From an uncultured virus (IMG/VR IMGVR_UViG_3300009667_000002) (lineage: Duplodnaviria; Heunggongvirae; Uroviricota; Caudoviricetes): DNA of 64,000 nt. The notes under the pieces were generated by a model. It saw nothing but the letters and a program-made list of their open reading frames with translations. It had not been told where the DNA came from and did no database searches. Made by a program: the position numbers and the translations under genes. Below are positions 48,947 to 59,216 of this stretch, piece after piece (the first letter of the stretch is position 1; each line of letters opens with the position of its first letter). Location of the stretch: positions 1 to 64,000 of the IMG/VR virus record IMGVR_UViG_3300009667_000002. One strand, 5' to 3'.

Positions 48947-51900
48947 GTGGCAAAAGTAAAAGTAGTTAATCGTAATTTAAGTTCTAATTTAACTGGTGGT
49001 AATTTTACTGATACTCCATCCAATACAGTATTTTCATTTGGTTCTTTTAATGTAACATCAAATTTTGAGGATAGAAAAGTTATTGATTATTCAAAAACTT
49101 TAACAACCTTTGTTCGACCAGTTACATTAGAAACAATGGATTTAACAATAGAACAATCCGAATTATTATATAACATATCAACAAATTTAGTTCTTAATTT
49201 AGATAATTCTAATTTAAATACCTTTGTTAAATTTGGTTCAACTTATGAATTTTTACGTGTTTCAATTGAAAATATAATATTAAAATATCCTGCTAGTTTA
49301 TATGTTAATAATAAAAAAAATAACACTACTTATAAAAATGGTAACTATGATGAAGAATTAAACCAATCTACTTTTTCAATTCCGATAAGTTCAATTAACA
49401 ATTTATTTAATTTAATAATTTCAACCGATAATAATGAAGTAAATGATGAAAATATATTGAAAAATTTAAATTTATCGTATAATGATTATGTGATAACAAC
49501 AACAGAATCAAACAAACAATATAAAGTAATTGGATTTTCAGGTTTCTCAAAAACAAAACTTTTTATCACTATAACTGTTGAAGGAAATCCTTTAAATATT
49601 ATAAATAATAATGAAGATGGTAGTATAGAATTTCATATAAAACCAAATAATTTAAAATTTGAAGAATTTAGAGCAAAATTAAAACCATATGAAAAATATA
49701 TTTTATCTGAACGTGTTGAAGACGATGGTTTTAGTTTTATTTTAAAAAATCCAACTTTATTGGATAATGGTGAGATAATTTATGTAAACACATCAATATT
49801 ATGGTCAACTAGTGATGGTTATAATATTGATATTGATAATTCCTTATATAGAAAATTTTTGGAAATTGTTTTAAGTATTGGTAGTAAATATGATTTAATA
49901 AAAACAGATTTAATAAATAGATTTTTAACTCCAAGTTCTTTAAAAACATATGATTTAACCGAAAATAAAAAAATGATTAAATTGCTTAGATTATATGGTT
50001 GGGAATTTGACCAAATTAGGCAATTTATTGATTCGTTAGTTTATATTAATAAAATTTCATACGATAAAATTAATTCAATTCCAAATCAATTGATTGCAAA
50101 TATGGCAAAAACTTTAGGTTGGGAATATTTTTCATTGGTTAATGAAAAAGAATTAATGGAAAGTTTTTTAACGATAGATGAAAACGAAAGAAATTTAAAT
50201 AAAGATTTATTACCAGCAGAAGTTGATTTAGAATTATGGCATAGAATTTTAAATAATACTAACTATTTTTGGAAATCTAAAGGAACTCGTGAATCAATAA
50301 AATCAATGTTTTTATTGATTGGAATACCAGAACCGTTTATTAATATAACAGAATATGTTTATACTGTTGGTGGAAAAATTAATCCAAATACAGTACCATT
50401 TTCAAAAAGAGATTTTCCAACAAATTCATTACCCTATGATAATTTTGGGTATCCAAAAGCACCACTTGAAACTAATGATTTTTATTTTCAAATTTCTGGT
50501 GATTTGGATTCTGGGCAAAAATATTTGGATGTTTTTCGAATGGCGGGTTTTAATCTAAAACAAACAATTGATAATAAAAAATCATGGATACAAACTGGTT
50601 CAACAATAAGAATTCATAACACAACACCACAATATTATCAAGAAGATAATAGATTGATTATTAACACAAAAGAAGTTGATGTTGCTTTAGATACTGCACG
50701 AGGTATTGAATATGATGTGTTTACATATGTTAAAGATATCGATTTTCCTGCAAATAATTCAAGATATGCTTTGTCATATTCATATGTTAATGTTGTATTA
50801 AACGAAAACGCTAATGGTATATTTGATTTACCAATTAATTATACATATGAAGGTGATATTGAAGTAAGATATAATGGAATATTATTAAACCCACCAAAAA
50901 GTGGAAATACTGGTTCAACGGGTTTTACTGTAAATACATATTCTGATTATTTTATTAATAATAATAATCAATTAGTTATAAATGAATTAACAGGTTCTAC
51001 TTCTTTTGATGGCGTTGTTCAAATAACATTTGTACATTCAGGTAAAACAACAAATCCCATAAATATTGTTGTTGATTATGTTGTTACTAAAATTAATATT
51101 GATATTGAACAATTTTCAAATAAAAAATTCATCAAATTACCAACAAAATCATCAGGGGATGTTCAATTGACAGTAAATGGTATTGCTTTAACAAAAAAAG
51201 GTATTGGAATAGAGGGTGATTATACATATGATGAAGAATCGAATAAGATTTATATAACAAATAAAGATGTTTATAATTATGTATTAGAAAATAAAAGCGA
51301 TGTACAGATTGCATATATTAATGTTAATATTGGTAATTTAAATTCATATATTACATCAACAGGTGAAACTGTTAATTTAAAAAATGAAACAATTAAAATA
51401 CATAGTTTTAATACAAGTAAAATTTATATGAATGAATCTGCTAATAAATGTGTATTAAAACTTAACTATAAAATAAAAGATGCTAAAGAAATCAAAATAT
51501 TAATTGACGGTGTTGCATTAGAACCGTATAAAGATTATGATGTAAACATAATGAATCCATATGAAATATTTTTACCAAAATTTTTAAGAATTGGTATGGT
51601 TATTAGTGTTTATTATCTTGTTGGTGGTGATGAATTATTTACTCCAATTGTTTCAGATAGTTTTGATTTAGGTGATATTAGTAAATTATCATTTCTTGAA
51701 TTTTTAGAATTAATTCAAAGAAAATTAATAAATGTTAGAACAAGGAAGGTTGTAACAAATTCAAAAGGTGGGTGGTATCCAACGGTTCAAAAAATATACG
51801 AAATATATCTTAAAAGAGCAAAACTTAGTCAAGACAATCCGTTTTTATCTAATGGATATACCTTTAGAAATCTTCATCCCTTTTTAAACAAATATAATGC

Positions 51901-52249
51901 GTTTTTTCAAAGGTTTATTGACCAAATATTGTCGGCAACAATAATTCTAAAGAAGAATGGATTGCTTGTTCGTAATAGTTTGTTTACAAGACAAAAATTT
52001 ACATATAAAAGAGGTGTTAATTTATATTGGGGTATAAATAATAATAACAATTATGTTGATAAAAGAGGTTATGGGTTTTTAAAATATTTTGGTGATGATG
52101 GTGCTATGTTTAAAATAAATCAAGAATTAGAAACACCATCATTATATGTTGAAACAATAAAAGCAACAAATAGTGAGGATGATTATTATTATGATGGTGA
52201 AAATAAAAATATGGTAACACAAGAACCAATTGGTTTAAATAATTTATAA
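48947..52249 (+). CDS. large baseplate wedge-like protein (GTG start, MAKVKVV)
   Basis: MAKTLGW..RILNN....KSKGTRESI..F..IG (P2 gpI / T4 gp7-like motif); repeated V..NG..L beta modules. Confidence 0.65.
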   Translation: MAKVKVVNRNLSSNLTGGNFTDTPSNTVFSFGSFNVTSNFEDRKVIDYSKTLTTFVRPVTLETMDLTIEQSELLYNISTNLVLNLDNSNLNTFVKFGSTYEFLRVSIENIILKYPASLYVNNKKNNTTYKNGNYDEELNQSTFSIPISSINNLFNLIISTDNNEVNDENILKNLNLSYNDYVITTTESNKQYKVIGFSGFSKTKLFITITVEGNPLNIINNNEDGSIEFHIKPNNLKFEEFRAKLKPYEKYILSERVEDDGFSFILKNPTLLDNGEIIYVNTSILWSTSDGYNIDIDNSLYRKFLEIVLSIGSKYDLIKTDLINRFLTPSSLKTYDLTENKKMIKLLRLYGWEFDQIRQFIDSLVYINKISYDKINSIPNQLIANMAKTLGWEYFSLVNEKELMESFLTIDENERNLNKDLLPAEVDLELWHRILNNTNYFWKSKGTRESIKSMFLLIGIPEPFINITEYVYTVGGKINPNTVPFSKRDFPTNSLPYDNFGYPKAPLETNDFYFQISGDLDSGQKYLDVFRMAGFNLKQTIDNKKSWIQTGSTIRIHNTTPQYYQEDNRLIINTKEVDVALDTARGIEYDVFTYVKDIDFPANNSRYALSYSYVNVVLNENANGIFDLPINYTYEGDIEVRYNGILLNPPKSGNTGSTGFTVNTYSDYFINNNNQLVINELTGSTSFDGVVQITFVHSGKTTNPINIVVDYVVTKINIDIEQFSNKKFIKLPTKSSGDVQLTVNGIALTKKGIGIEGDYTYDEESNKIYITNKDVYNYVLENKSDVQIAYINVNIGNLNSYITSTGETVNLKNETIKIHSFNTSKIYMNESANKCVLKLNYKIKDAKEIKILIDGVALEPYKDYDVNIMNPYEIFLPKFLRIGMVISVYYLVGGDELFTPIVSDSFDLGDISKLSFLEFLELIQRKLINVRTRKVVTNSKGGWYPTVQKIYEIYLKRAKLSQDNPFLSNGYTFRNLHPFLNKYNAFFQRFIDQILSATIILKKNGLLVRNSLFTRQKFTYKRGVNLYWGINNNNNYVDKRGYGFLKYFGDDGAMFKINQELETPSLYVETIKATNSEDDYYYDGENKNMVTQEPIGLNNL

Positions 52250-52258
52250 TGTTTTTTT

Positions 52259-53431
52259 ATGGGTGATAATAAAGCATATATTTGTAATTCTGGTGGTATG
52301 AACATATCTGGTCATAGTGATATTGTTGCATATGGTATTCAATATAGAAAATTGGGTTCGGATACTTGGAATGAAGAAATAGAATATAATAGTTTAACAA
52401 CTAATTGCTATAGAATACCAAAAATAGAAATAACACCAAATGCTTTGTTTGAATACAGAGCAATTGTATGTGAACCATTACGTTGTGCTGTAGGTAATAT
52501 TTATTGTATTGAAATTCCAGAATATTGTGGTTTAACAGCAAAACATAATGAAATCACACAAACAGAAATTATTTCTGCTGGTGGTTGTTGTATTATTGGT
52601 TATGATAAAATTGACCTTTATGGTATGGAATACGAATATATTTGTTCAAATGATATTAATTTTACTGTTGAACCTATTAATTATTCGGTATGTTCTGATG
52701 GTTATATACATATTCCATCAATTGGTGGTTGTATTAATCTTTGTATTTATGGTGAATATACAAATACATATGAAATATGTTGTGAAAATATTATTACACC
52801 TTGGGTTATTGCGGATGAACCAACATATCCTAGTCCAACAGGAATTAATCAAAAAATAATAATTGAAGAAAATATAAATCTAAATAATCAATGTGTTGGT
52901 TGCCTTATATATACGCCAACAATTGGTGATTCGAAAACAATAAAAATATATCAAGAAAAATATATACCACCAGTTGAAATTAATATAACAGGAATTACTA
53001 CTTATTTTATTCCAAGCGTAGGATATCCAGATAATTGTTGTAGTCCTTATATTGGAGTAACTAAATATGGTTATTTAACACCAGTTCAAAATCCCGATGA
53101 TGAATTTTGTTTTGTGTTAAATTATTGTATGTTTAGAGATAGTATATATTTAGGTTCATTAGGTCCACAAATTTTTGTTTATTGTAATGGATGTACTTAT
53201 TATCAAAAAACCATATGTGATAAATTTGGTTGTAAAATTTCTTGTAATTATACTATTCCACCAATAGTAGTTAGATATGGTGATTGTTATAGTTTTATGA
53301 CACATGCAATAAGTGAATGTAAAGAAAGAGAATCTGGAATTTCAAAAATTACAATCAAATCCCTTTGTGGTAGTGGATATGTATTAGGTAATGATAAAAC
53401 ATTAGAATCAATAGTTTGTTCGGTATATTAA
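52259..53431 (+). CDS. Cys-rich FN3/Ig-like structural protein
   Basis: YGIQYR..W..ITPN..EYRA FN3-like; ~29 Cys. Confidence 0.55.
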   Translation: MGDNKAYICNSGGMNISGHSDIVAYGIQYRKLGSDTWNEEIEYNSLTTNCYRIPKIEITPNALFEYRAIVCEPLRCAVGNIYCIEIPEYCGLTAKHNEITQTEIISAGGCCIIGYDKIDLYGMEYEYICSNDINFTVEPINYSVCSDGYIHIPSIGGCINLCIYGEYTNTYEICCENIITPWVIADEPTYPSPTGINQKIIIEENINLNNQCVGCLIYTPTIGDSKTIKIYQEKYIPPVEINITGITTYFIPSVGYPDNCCSPYIGVTKYGYLTPVQNPDDEFCFVLNYCMFRDSIYLGSLGPQIFVYCNGCTYYQKTICDKFGCKISCNYTIPPIVVRYGDCYSFMTHAISECKERESGISKITIKSLCGSGYVLGNDKTLESIVCSVY

Positions 53432-53446
53432 ATAAAATAATTAATC

Positions 53447-54499
53447 ATGGCATGGAGTGGAACAACATTAAAGACAGGACCGTTAAGCGAAAATAAATAT
53501 TCATATAGCATTACGGGTTTAACACCAAATAGTTTTTATAGATATAGGTCATTTTTTATAATTGATGGTGTTGAATATCGTGGTGATAATATATATAGTG
53601 GACTAACAAAACGAATAATTTATCAAATACCTACTATTTTAACTGGTGAAGCAAAAAATGTTGGGGATATGTCGGTTGATATTAGTGGAAACACAATAAC
53701 AAATAGCGGTGGATTTGACCCATCATTAGTTTTTGAACATGGATTAATATATACCCAAAACCCAACATTAGGAAATGAAAATGAATTATTTTATCAAACC
53801 AAAAAAGATATTGTAATATCAAAACATAATGTATCTGTTAATACTATTCCGTTTTTATTTGATTTATATATTGAAAAATTAATACCTAATACGAACGTAT
53901 TCTATAGAGCATATGCAAAAAATCCTTTTGGTTTTGGATATGGGGAAATTAAAACAGTTAAAACAACAAACAATATCGGCATTAAACTAATAAATGCAAG
54001 AGAGATTGATAATTATAGGTCAAGTGTTCAAATTAGTTATGTTGGTAGTCTTGGTGATTATAATGTTTTTAATAGTTTTTTAATCAATTTTAACTATCAT
54101 TTAGAGGTTAGTTGTGAAAATAGTAAAATTCCTGGTAATACTTTTGATAATGAAACTAAACTTAAAATTTTTGATTATAATAATGAAGAAGAAAACGATG
54201 AAATTTTTGAGGATTCGGTTTATACTGCAATTAGAAATACACAATATAATAGTTTTGCCGAAACAATACCAAATCCAAAAGAAGGTAGTGTTACTATAAA
54301 AAGTTTAGAAGATGTTTTTATTAATTTTAATTATAATTTTGATGATGAAGATGAGGGTGTTTCATTTAGAAATACAAATGGATATATTGAACTAACATCA
54401 GTTATAGGTTATATTGGAAGCACAGAAATTCCAATAAGAATAGTTGGGAAAAATAAGTTTTCAATTAGAGCAAATCTTTCTGGTGGTAGTAGTTTTTAA
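53447..54499 (+). CDS. FN3-domain structural protein
   Basis: ITGLTPNSFYRYR; LIPNTNVFYRAYAKN..G.GYG. Confidence 0.7.
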   Translation: MAWSGTTLKTGPLSENKYSYSITGLTPNSFYRYRSFFIIDGVEYRGDNIYSGLTKRIIYQIPTILTGEAKNVGDMSVDISGNTITNSGGFDPSLVFEHGLIYTQNPTLGNENELFYQTKKDIVISKHNVSVNTIPFLFDLYIEKLIPNTNVFYRAYAKNPFGFGYGEIKTVKTTNNIGIKLINAREIDNYRSSVQISYVGSLGDYNVFNSFLINFNYHLEVSCENSKIPGNTFDNETKLKIFDYNNEEENDEIFEDSVYTAIRNTQYNSFAETIPNPKEGSVTIKSLEDVFINFNYNFDDEDEGVSFRNTNGYIELTSVIGYIGSTEIPIRIVGKNKFSIRANLSGGSSF

Positions 54500-54525
54500 T
54501 ATTTTTTTAAAATTTAATAATTAAT

Positions 54526-54533
54526 GTATTTAT
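54526..54533 (+). promoter_or_regulatory. putative late promoter GTATTTAT
   Basis: Recurrent motif. Confidence 0.6.
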
Positions 54534-54552
54534 ATTAAAACAAATAAATAAT

Positions 54553-55833
54553 ATGGGATTTATTGATAAAAATGACCCAACAGTAATTAATATAAAATTA
54601 ACGTCTAAGGGTAGGGAATTACTTTCACAAGGTAAATTAAATTATAAATATTTTGTTGTTGGTGATAGTGAAATTGATTATAGGTTAATTAATGAAATAA
54701 ATAAAGATTCTTCAGATTATAGTGGATTTGATTCTGTTATATTAAATGCATTTGATAAAAACCCAAATATAATATCATCAATACCACGTAATTTTAATGG
54801 TGATAGTTATAATGAAATACAATCAATTCCAATAACAAATTATACTGTAGAAAATTCAATTGATTCTATTGGTTTTTTTAATAGTGGTTGCACTGGATTT
54901 ATTATAGATAGTAATCATATAAAAAGAAGTGATTTGTTTGTAAAACCATCTGAAATAAATGGTGGTAGTTCATTAAATTTATATAAAGGAAATGATGGTA
55001 TATTATATGATGAATTGTTGGTTGATGATTATATATTAATAATGTGGTCAGTAAATACAACAACAGCAGATAATATAAATAAAAACACACCAAATCCAAT
55101 ATTAATTTACAAAATTGAAGAAATTTTTGAAAATAATAATGATTATATTTTTGTTAAAGTTGATAGGGATTTACCAATTTTTAGTGGTTATAGTTCAAGT
55201 ATTATAACAGGAAAAACTAATCAAGTAATTGTGTTTCCTAACAAATTAACATATAGTGGTAGTTCTGTTTTTAATATGTCGCAAACTGATTATGTTGATA
55301 ATAGTGTAATTAATTTTTTAGAAAATTGTCAATGTCCAACAATTGTTTTTCCGTTTTGGAATATGTCAATAATTTTTACCGAAGAAATTATTGGAATTTC
55401 GACTAATAATTTAAAATATACGAAATTTAAAAACAAATCAATGGGTGGTTTTGTATCTTATATTCAAAATCAAAATCCAACATATAAAAAATTAGGTGTT
55501 ATACATTATACCAATAATTCACCCGCAAATGTATATGGTGAGGGATTTTTATTAGATAATGTTAAATTGGAAATACCAACAATAATGTGGCATAAAAATA
55601 TAACACCAAAATTAGGATTAACATTAACACCAAAAAATGGATTAAAATTATTAACTGGTGATACTAAATCTTTAAATATTAATTATTATGATTTGTGTGA
55701 TAATTGGGATAATGTTGTGGGTAAAGTATTTCCCGATTTAAAGATATTTGTTATTGAAGACCAAGAATTATTATTTGCATTATCTTATAAATCAAATAGG
55801 TCTTGGACTTTACCTAATTTTAAAATTAGTTAA
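54553..55833 (+). CDS. virion protein, tail-collar/fibre-attachment N-terminal motif
   Basis: LTSKGRELL......FVVGD. Confidence 0.55.
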   Translation: MGFIDKNDPTVINIKLTSKGRELLSQGKLNYKYFVVGDSEIDYRLINEINKDSSDYSGFDSVILNAFDKNPNIISSIPRNFNGDSYNEIQSIPITNYTVENSIDSIGFFNSGCTGFIIDSNHIKRSDLFVKPSEINGGSSLNLYKGNDGILYDELLVDDYILIMWSVNTTTADNINKNTPNPILIYKIEEIFENNNDYIFVKVDRDLPIFSGYSSSIITGKTNQVIVFPNKLTYSGSSVFNMSQTDYVDNSVINFLENCQCPTIVFPFWNMSIIFTEEIIGISTNNLKYTKFKNKSMGGFVSYIQNQNPTYKKLGVIHYTNNSPANVYGEGFLLDNVKLEIPTIMWHKNITPKLGLTLTPKNGLKLLTGDTKSLNINYYDLCDNWDNVVGKVFPDLKIFVIEDQELLFALSYKSNRSWTLPNFKIS

Positions 55834-55849
55834 AATATAATATTATAAT

Positions 55850-56554
55850 ATGAAATACGATATTTATGTAACATATGCATTGATTAATAAAAAGGATGGA
55901 TATTCAAGTGCAATTCACTGTAATTATATTAATAAAATAACAGTTGAAACCGATAATATTTATACATATGAATTATTGTTTGAATTTGATAAAAATGAGT
56001 TTATATTTTTAAATGATTTTAATAATGGTTTTGGTTATTGTGCAACCGATTTATATATCATATATCAAACAGTAAAAGAAAATCAACCAAGAAATAATGT
56101 TTGGAAATATAAAAACGTAACTAATCAAATTCCTGGACATGGAACTGTTAAATATTTTACTGGTAATGAATTATATAATAAAAAAATTAGAGTTGAATTA
56201 AAAAATAATAATCCATCATACACACTTAATAATCCAGATATATTATATAAATTAAAATATCCATCTAAAAACGAAACGGATAAATTATCGTTTGGTGAGG
56301 AAACATTTTTTTTGGGTAATGTAACTGCTGATATAAAGGCAGATGTTTATGTATTAGACATGTCAATTAATTTAGCATTAAACGAATTTAATTCGTCAAA
56401 TAATTTAACTTGGGATGGTACATCAAGTGTATATATTAGTGAAGTTGGTTTATATGATGAAAATAAAAATTTGGTTGCTATTGGTAAACTAAATAATCCA
56501 ATACAAAAAGATTCAACAATATCAAAAACAATATTATTTGCACTTGATTTTTAA
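55850..56554 (+). CDS. virion protein, tail-collar (DUF3751-like) C-terminal motif
   Basis: ISEVGLYD....LVAIGKL..PI.K. Confidence 0.55.
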   Translation: MKYDIYVTYALINKKDGYSSAIHCNYINKITVETDNIYTYELLFEFDKNEFIFLNDFNNGFGYCATDLYIIYQTVKENQPRNNVWKYKNVTNQIPGHGTVKYFTGNELYNKKIRVELKNNNPSYTLNNPDILYKLKYPSKNETDKLSFGEETFFLGNVTADIKADVYVLDMSINLALNEFNSSNNLTWDGTSSVYISEVGLYDENKNLVAIGKLNNPIQKDSTISKTILFALDF

Positions 56555-56592
56555 TAAAATACTAAAAATTTACATTTTTTTATAAAAACGTA

Positions 56593-56600
56593 GTATTTAT
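56593..56600 (+). promoter_or_regulatory. putative late promoter GTATTTAT
   Basis: Recurrent motif. Confidence 0.55.
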
Positions 56601-56636
56601 TATAAAAATAAATTTTAAAATTAAATTTTATAATAA

Positions 56637-56819
56637 ATGGCTAACGATGTAATAAAACCCAAATCAATTATAATAAATGGTTTACTACATAAAAAATTTA
56701 AAAATTTTTGTATGGGTAAATCTATTAAAATTGGTGGTATTGTTGAAGATTTAATTAATTTATATTTAAAAAGACCGAAAGAAATACAAAAATTAATAGA
56801 TGATAATAAAGAAATTTAA
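56637..56819 (+). CDS. small ribbon-helix-helix-like DNA-binding protein
   Basis: KSIII...LH..FK.FC......I..IVE.LI..YL. Confidence 0.55.
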   Translation: MANDVIKPKSIIINGLLHKKFKNFCMGKSIKIGGIVEDLINLYLKRPKEIQKLIDDNKEI

Positions 56820-56824
56820 TATTA

Positions 56825-57436
56825 ATGGAAAAATACATATGGTCTTTAGATATAAGCACAACAAATATTGGTAGTGCATTATGGAATGATAAGGGTAAAT
56901 TAATTGAATTAAAACACCTTGAATTAAAAATTGATAAAAATATTCAAGTTGATAATAGAGATTTACATAAAGCGGATATTTTTAAGAAATATGCTTTAGA
57001 ATATAAAGAAAAAATTGAAAAGAAATTAAATGGAAAAATAGAACATATTATTGTTGAAGAACCATTAGGTGGAAGCAATAATGCAAATACGGTAGCATTG
57101 TTATTTGGGTTTAATGGTATTTGTAGATACATATTATATAATATTTTTCAAAAATTTCCAATGAAAATTAGTGTTTATGAATCAAGAAAACTTTTTTGTA
57201 CAGAATTGGTTCATACAAAAAAAATAAAAAATAAATTAGTTGAAACTTTATCATTTCCACCAGAATATCAAAAGAAAAAAAAGTTGTATATCTGGGAAAA
57301 AGTATGTAAATTAGAACCCGAAATTGAATGGTTTTATAAAAAAAACGGCAATGAACCAAAAGATATTTGTTTTGATATGTCTGATAGTTATGCTGTTGGT
57401 TTTGCTGGATTAAAAAAGTTGGGAATTATTAAATGA
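56825..57436 (+). CDS. RuvC-like Holliday junction resolvase
   Basis: SLDISTTNIG, IVEEP, DMSDSYAVG. Confidence 0.75.
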   Translation: MEKYIWSLDISTTNIGSALWNDKGKLIELKHLELKIDKNIQVDNRDLHKADIFKKYALEYKEKIEKKLNGKIEHIIVEEPLGGSNNANTVALLFGFNGICRYILYNIFQKFPMKISVYESRKLFCTELVHTKKIKNKLVETLSFPPEYQKKKKLYIWEKVCKLEPEIEWFYKKNGNEPKDICFDMSDSYAVGFAGLKKLGIIK

Positions 57437-57741
57437 GATATATTTATTTAATTCAATCGTTAGATGATGGTTTTTATAAGATAGGTTTATCAAAACATCC
57501 AAATAAAAGATTGAATCAATTACAAACAGGAAATTCTTTAAAATTAAAGTTGGTTGAAATATACCAATCAGAATTTGCAAATTTGATAGAAAAAACATTA
57601 CAACGAAAATATTCTTATTTAAGAATGGAAGGAGAATGGTTTAATTTAACATTAGATATTGAATTATCTTTTTTAGATGAATGTAAAAAAATTGAAGAAA
57701 ATATTAAGATTTTAAAAGAATCTGGTAATTATTTCATTTAA
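57433..57741 (+). CDS. GIY-YIG (T5orf172-like) nuclease
   Basis: YIYLI..YKIG.S..P.KR..QLQTGN..E..GEWF. Confidence 0.85.
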   Translation: MRYIYLIQSLDDGFYKIGLSKHPNKRLNQLQTGNSLKLKLVEIYQSEFANLIEKTLQRKYSYLRMEGEWFNLTLDIELSFLDECKKIEENIKILKESGNYFI

Positions 57742-57746
57742 AAAAA

Positions 57747-57778
57747 TTTGCATGGTGTTGTAATAATTTATATTTTTG
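57747..57778 (+). promoter_or_regulatory. Bacteroidota-type -33/-7 promoter
   Basis: TTTG-N20-TATTTTTG. Confidence 0.65.
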
Positions 57779-57794
57779 GAAAAATTTTAATATT

Positions 57795-59213
57795 ATGACA
57801 ATAGAAAGAATAGAAAAAGCAATTGAAATTATTAATTATGCTCTTGAAAATAAAATTTCTCTTAGAAAAGCGTCATTAGATTTTGGCTTTGCAAGCACAT
57901 ATGTAAAAAACGTAAAATCAGATGTTTATAAAAAACATAAAAAAAATAAATTAGATGTTGATTCCTTTAATTTGTTTAATAGTGCCTATTTGAATTATAT
58001 TAAACAATCAACTTTTTTTACTGAAAATGAAGAAATAAAAGAAGATTCAAAAGAGGAAATCGATGTTAAATATTCTGATGATAATAATTTAAGTATTATT
58101 GAATGGAATGGTAAAATAAAAACGACAAAAACCATAAAAACATTGGATGATTTACTTAAGGAAGCAAATGTTGATTTGGAATTATGGAAAGTAAATAATT
58201 ATACAATTAACAAATGGGATGTTACTAGTTGGAAACAAAAAAAACCAGAAACAATTCAAAATTGGCAAGTTAAAGCAAATTTAATAAGGAACAATAAAAT
58301 TTTTCACGAAAGAAAAATTGGTGAATTGTTTATTGATATGATAAAAAATTATGAACCACCAATATTAGAAATTAATAATATTAATAAAGATTTTAAAGAA
58401 AATAATTTATTAGAAATTTCAATTTTTGATTTACATATTGGTAAATTGGCATGGGGTGGTGAAACGTTTGAAAATTATGACACTAAAATTGCAAGAAGTA
58501 GATTTTTAAGAGCAATTAAACAACTATTAGCAAGGTCTGTTGGTTTTTCATATTCAAGAATATTATTTCCAATTGGTAGTGATTTTTTTAATTCAGATAC
58601 GATATATAATACTACAACAAAAGGTACTAGACAAGACGAAGATTTACGTTGGCAAAAAACATTTGATATTGGTAGTAGATTAATTGTTGATGCAATTAAT
58701 TTTTTAAAACAAACGGGTGTACCTGTTGATGTGTTGGTTATACCAGGGAATCATGATTATGAGAGAAGTTTTTATTTAGGTAAATTTATTAGTGCTTGGT
58801 TTAATAATGATACACAAGTTACTGTTGATACACATGCATCACCAAGAAAATATTATAAGTTTGGTAATGTATTGTTAGGTTTTACTCATGGTAGTGAAGA
58901 AAAAGAAAGTAGTTTACCTTTGATTATGGCTAGTGATATTCCATCTAAACAAATGTGGAGTGAAACAAAGTATCATGAATGGCATATTGGGCATCAACAT
59001 AGAAAAAAAACTATTAAATATGAAATTAATAAGAATAATAATTTAAATGAAGAATTAGGTGTTACAATTAGATATTTATCCAGTTTAACAGGAACAGATG
59101 AATGGTTACACAAAAAGGGATATATTGGTCAAATAAAAGGTGCAGATGGTTTCATTTGGAATGATGAAAATGGATTAATTGCACATTTAAATGTAAATAT
59201 TGATAATAAATAA
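57795..59213 (+). CDS. calcineurin-like metallophosphoesterase
   Basis: DLHIG, GSD, GNHD, THG, GHQH. Confidence 0.85.
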   Translation: MTIERIEKAIEIINYALENKISLRKASLDFGFASTYVKNVKSDVYKKHKKNKLDVDSFNLFNSAYLNYIKQSTFFTENEEIKEDSKEEIDVKYSDDNNLSIIEWNGKIKTTKTIKTLDDLLKEANVDLELWKVNNYTINKWDVTSWKQKKPETIQNWQVKANLIRNNKIFHERKIGELFIDMIKNYEPPILEINNINKDFKENNLLEISIFDLHIGKLAWGGETFENYDTKIARSRFLRAIKQLLARSVGFSYSRILFPIGSDFFNSDTIYNTTTKGTRQDEDLRWQKTFDIGSRLIVDAINFLKQTGVPVDVLVIPGNHDYERSFYLGKFISAWFNNDTQVTVDTHASPRKYYKFGNVLLGFTHGSEEKESSLPLIMASDIPSKQMWSETKYHEWHIGHQHRKKTIKYEINKNNNLNEELGVTIRYLSSLTGTDEWLHKKGYIGQIKGADGFIWNDENGLIAHLNVNIDNK

Positions 59214-59216
59214 GTT

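Noticed and set aside
2724..53431. Codon reassignment (TGT or stop codons) as the cause of Cys richness or split genes
   Set aside because: TGT/TGC encode expected Cys in the primase zinc finger and inteins; TAA, TAG and TGA all end intact genes under the standard code.
57433..57741. GIY-YIG gene as a group I intron homing endonuclease
   Set aside because: Freestanding 102 aa T5orf172-type ORF between intact genes, with no intron-like flanks.
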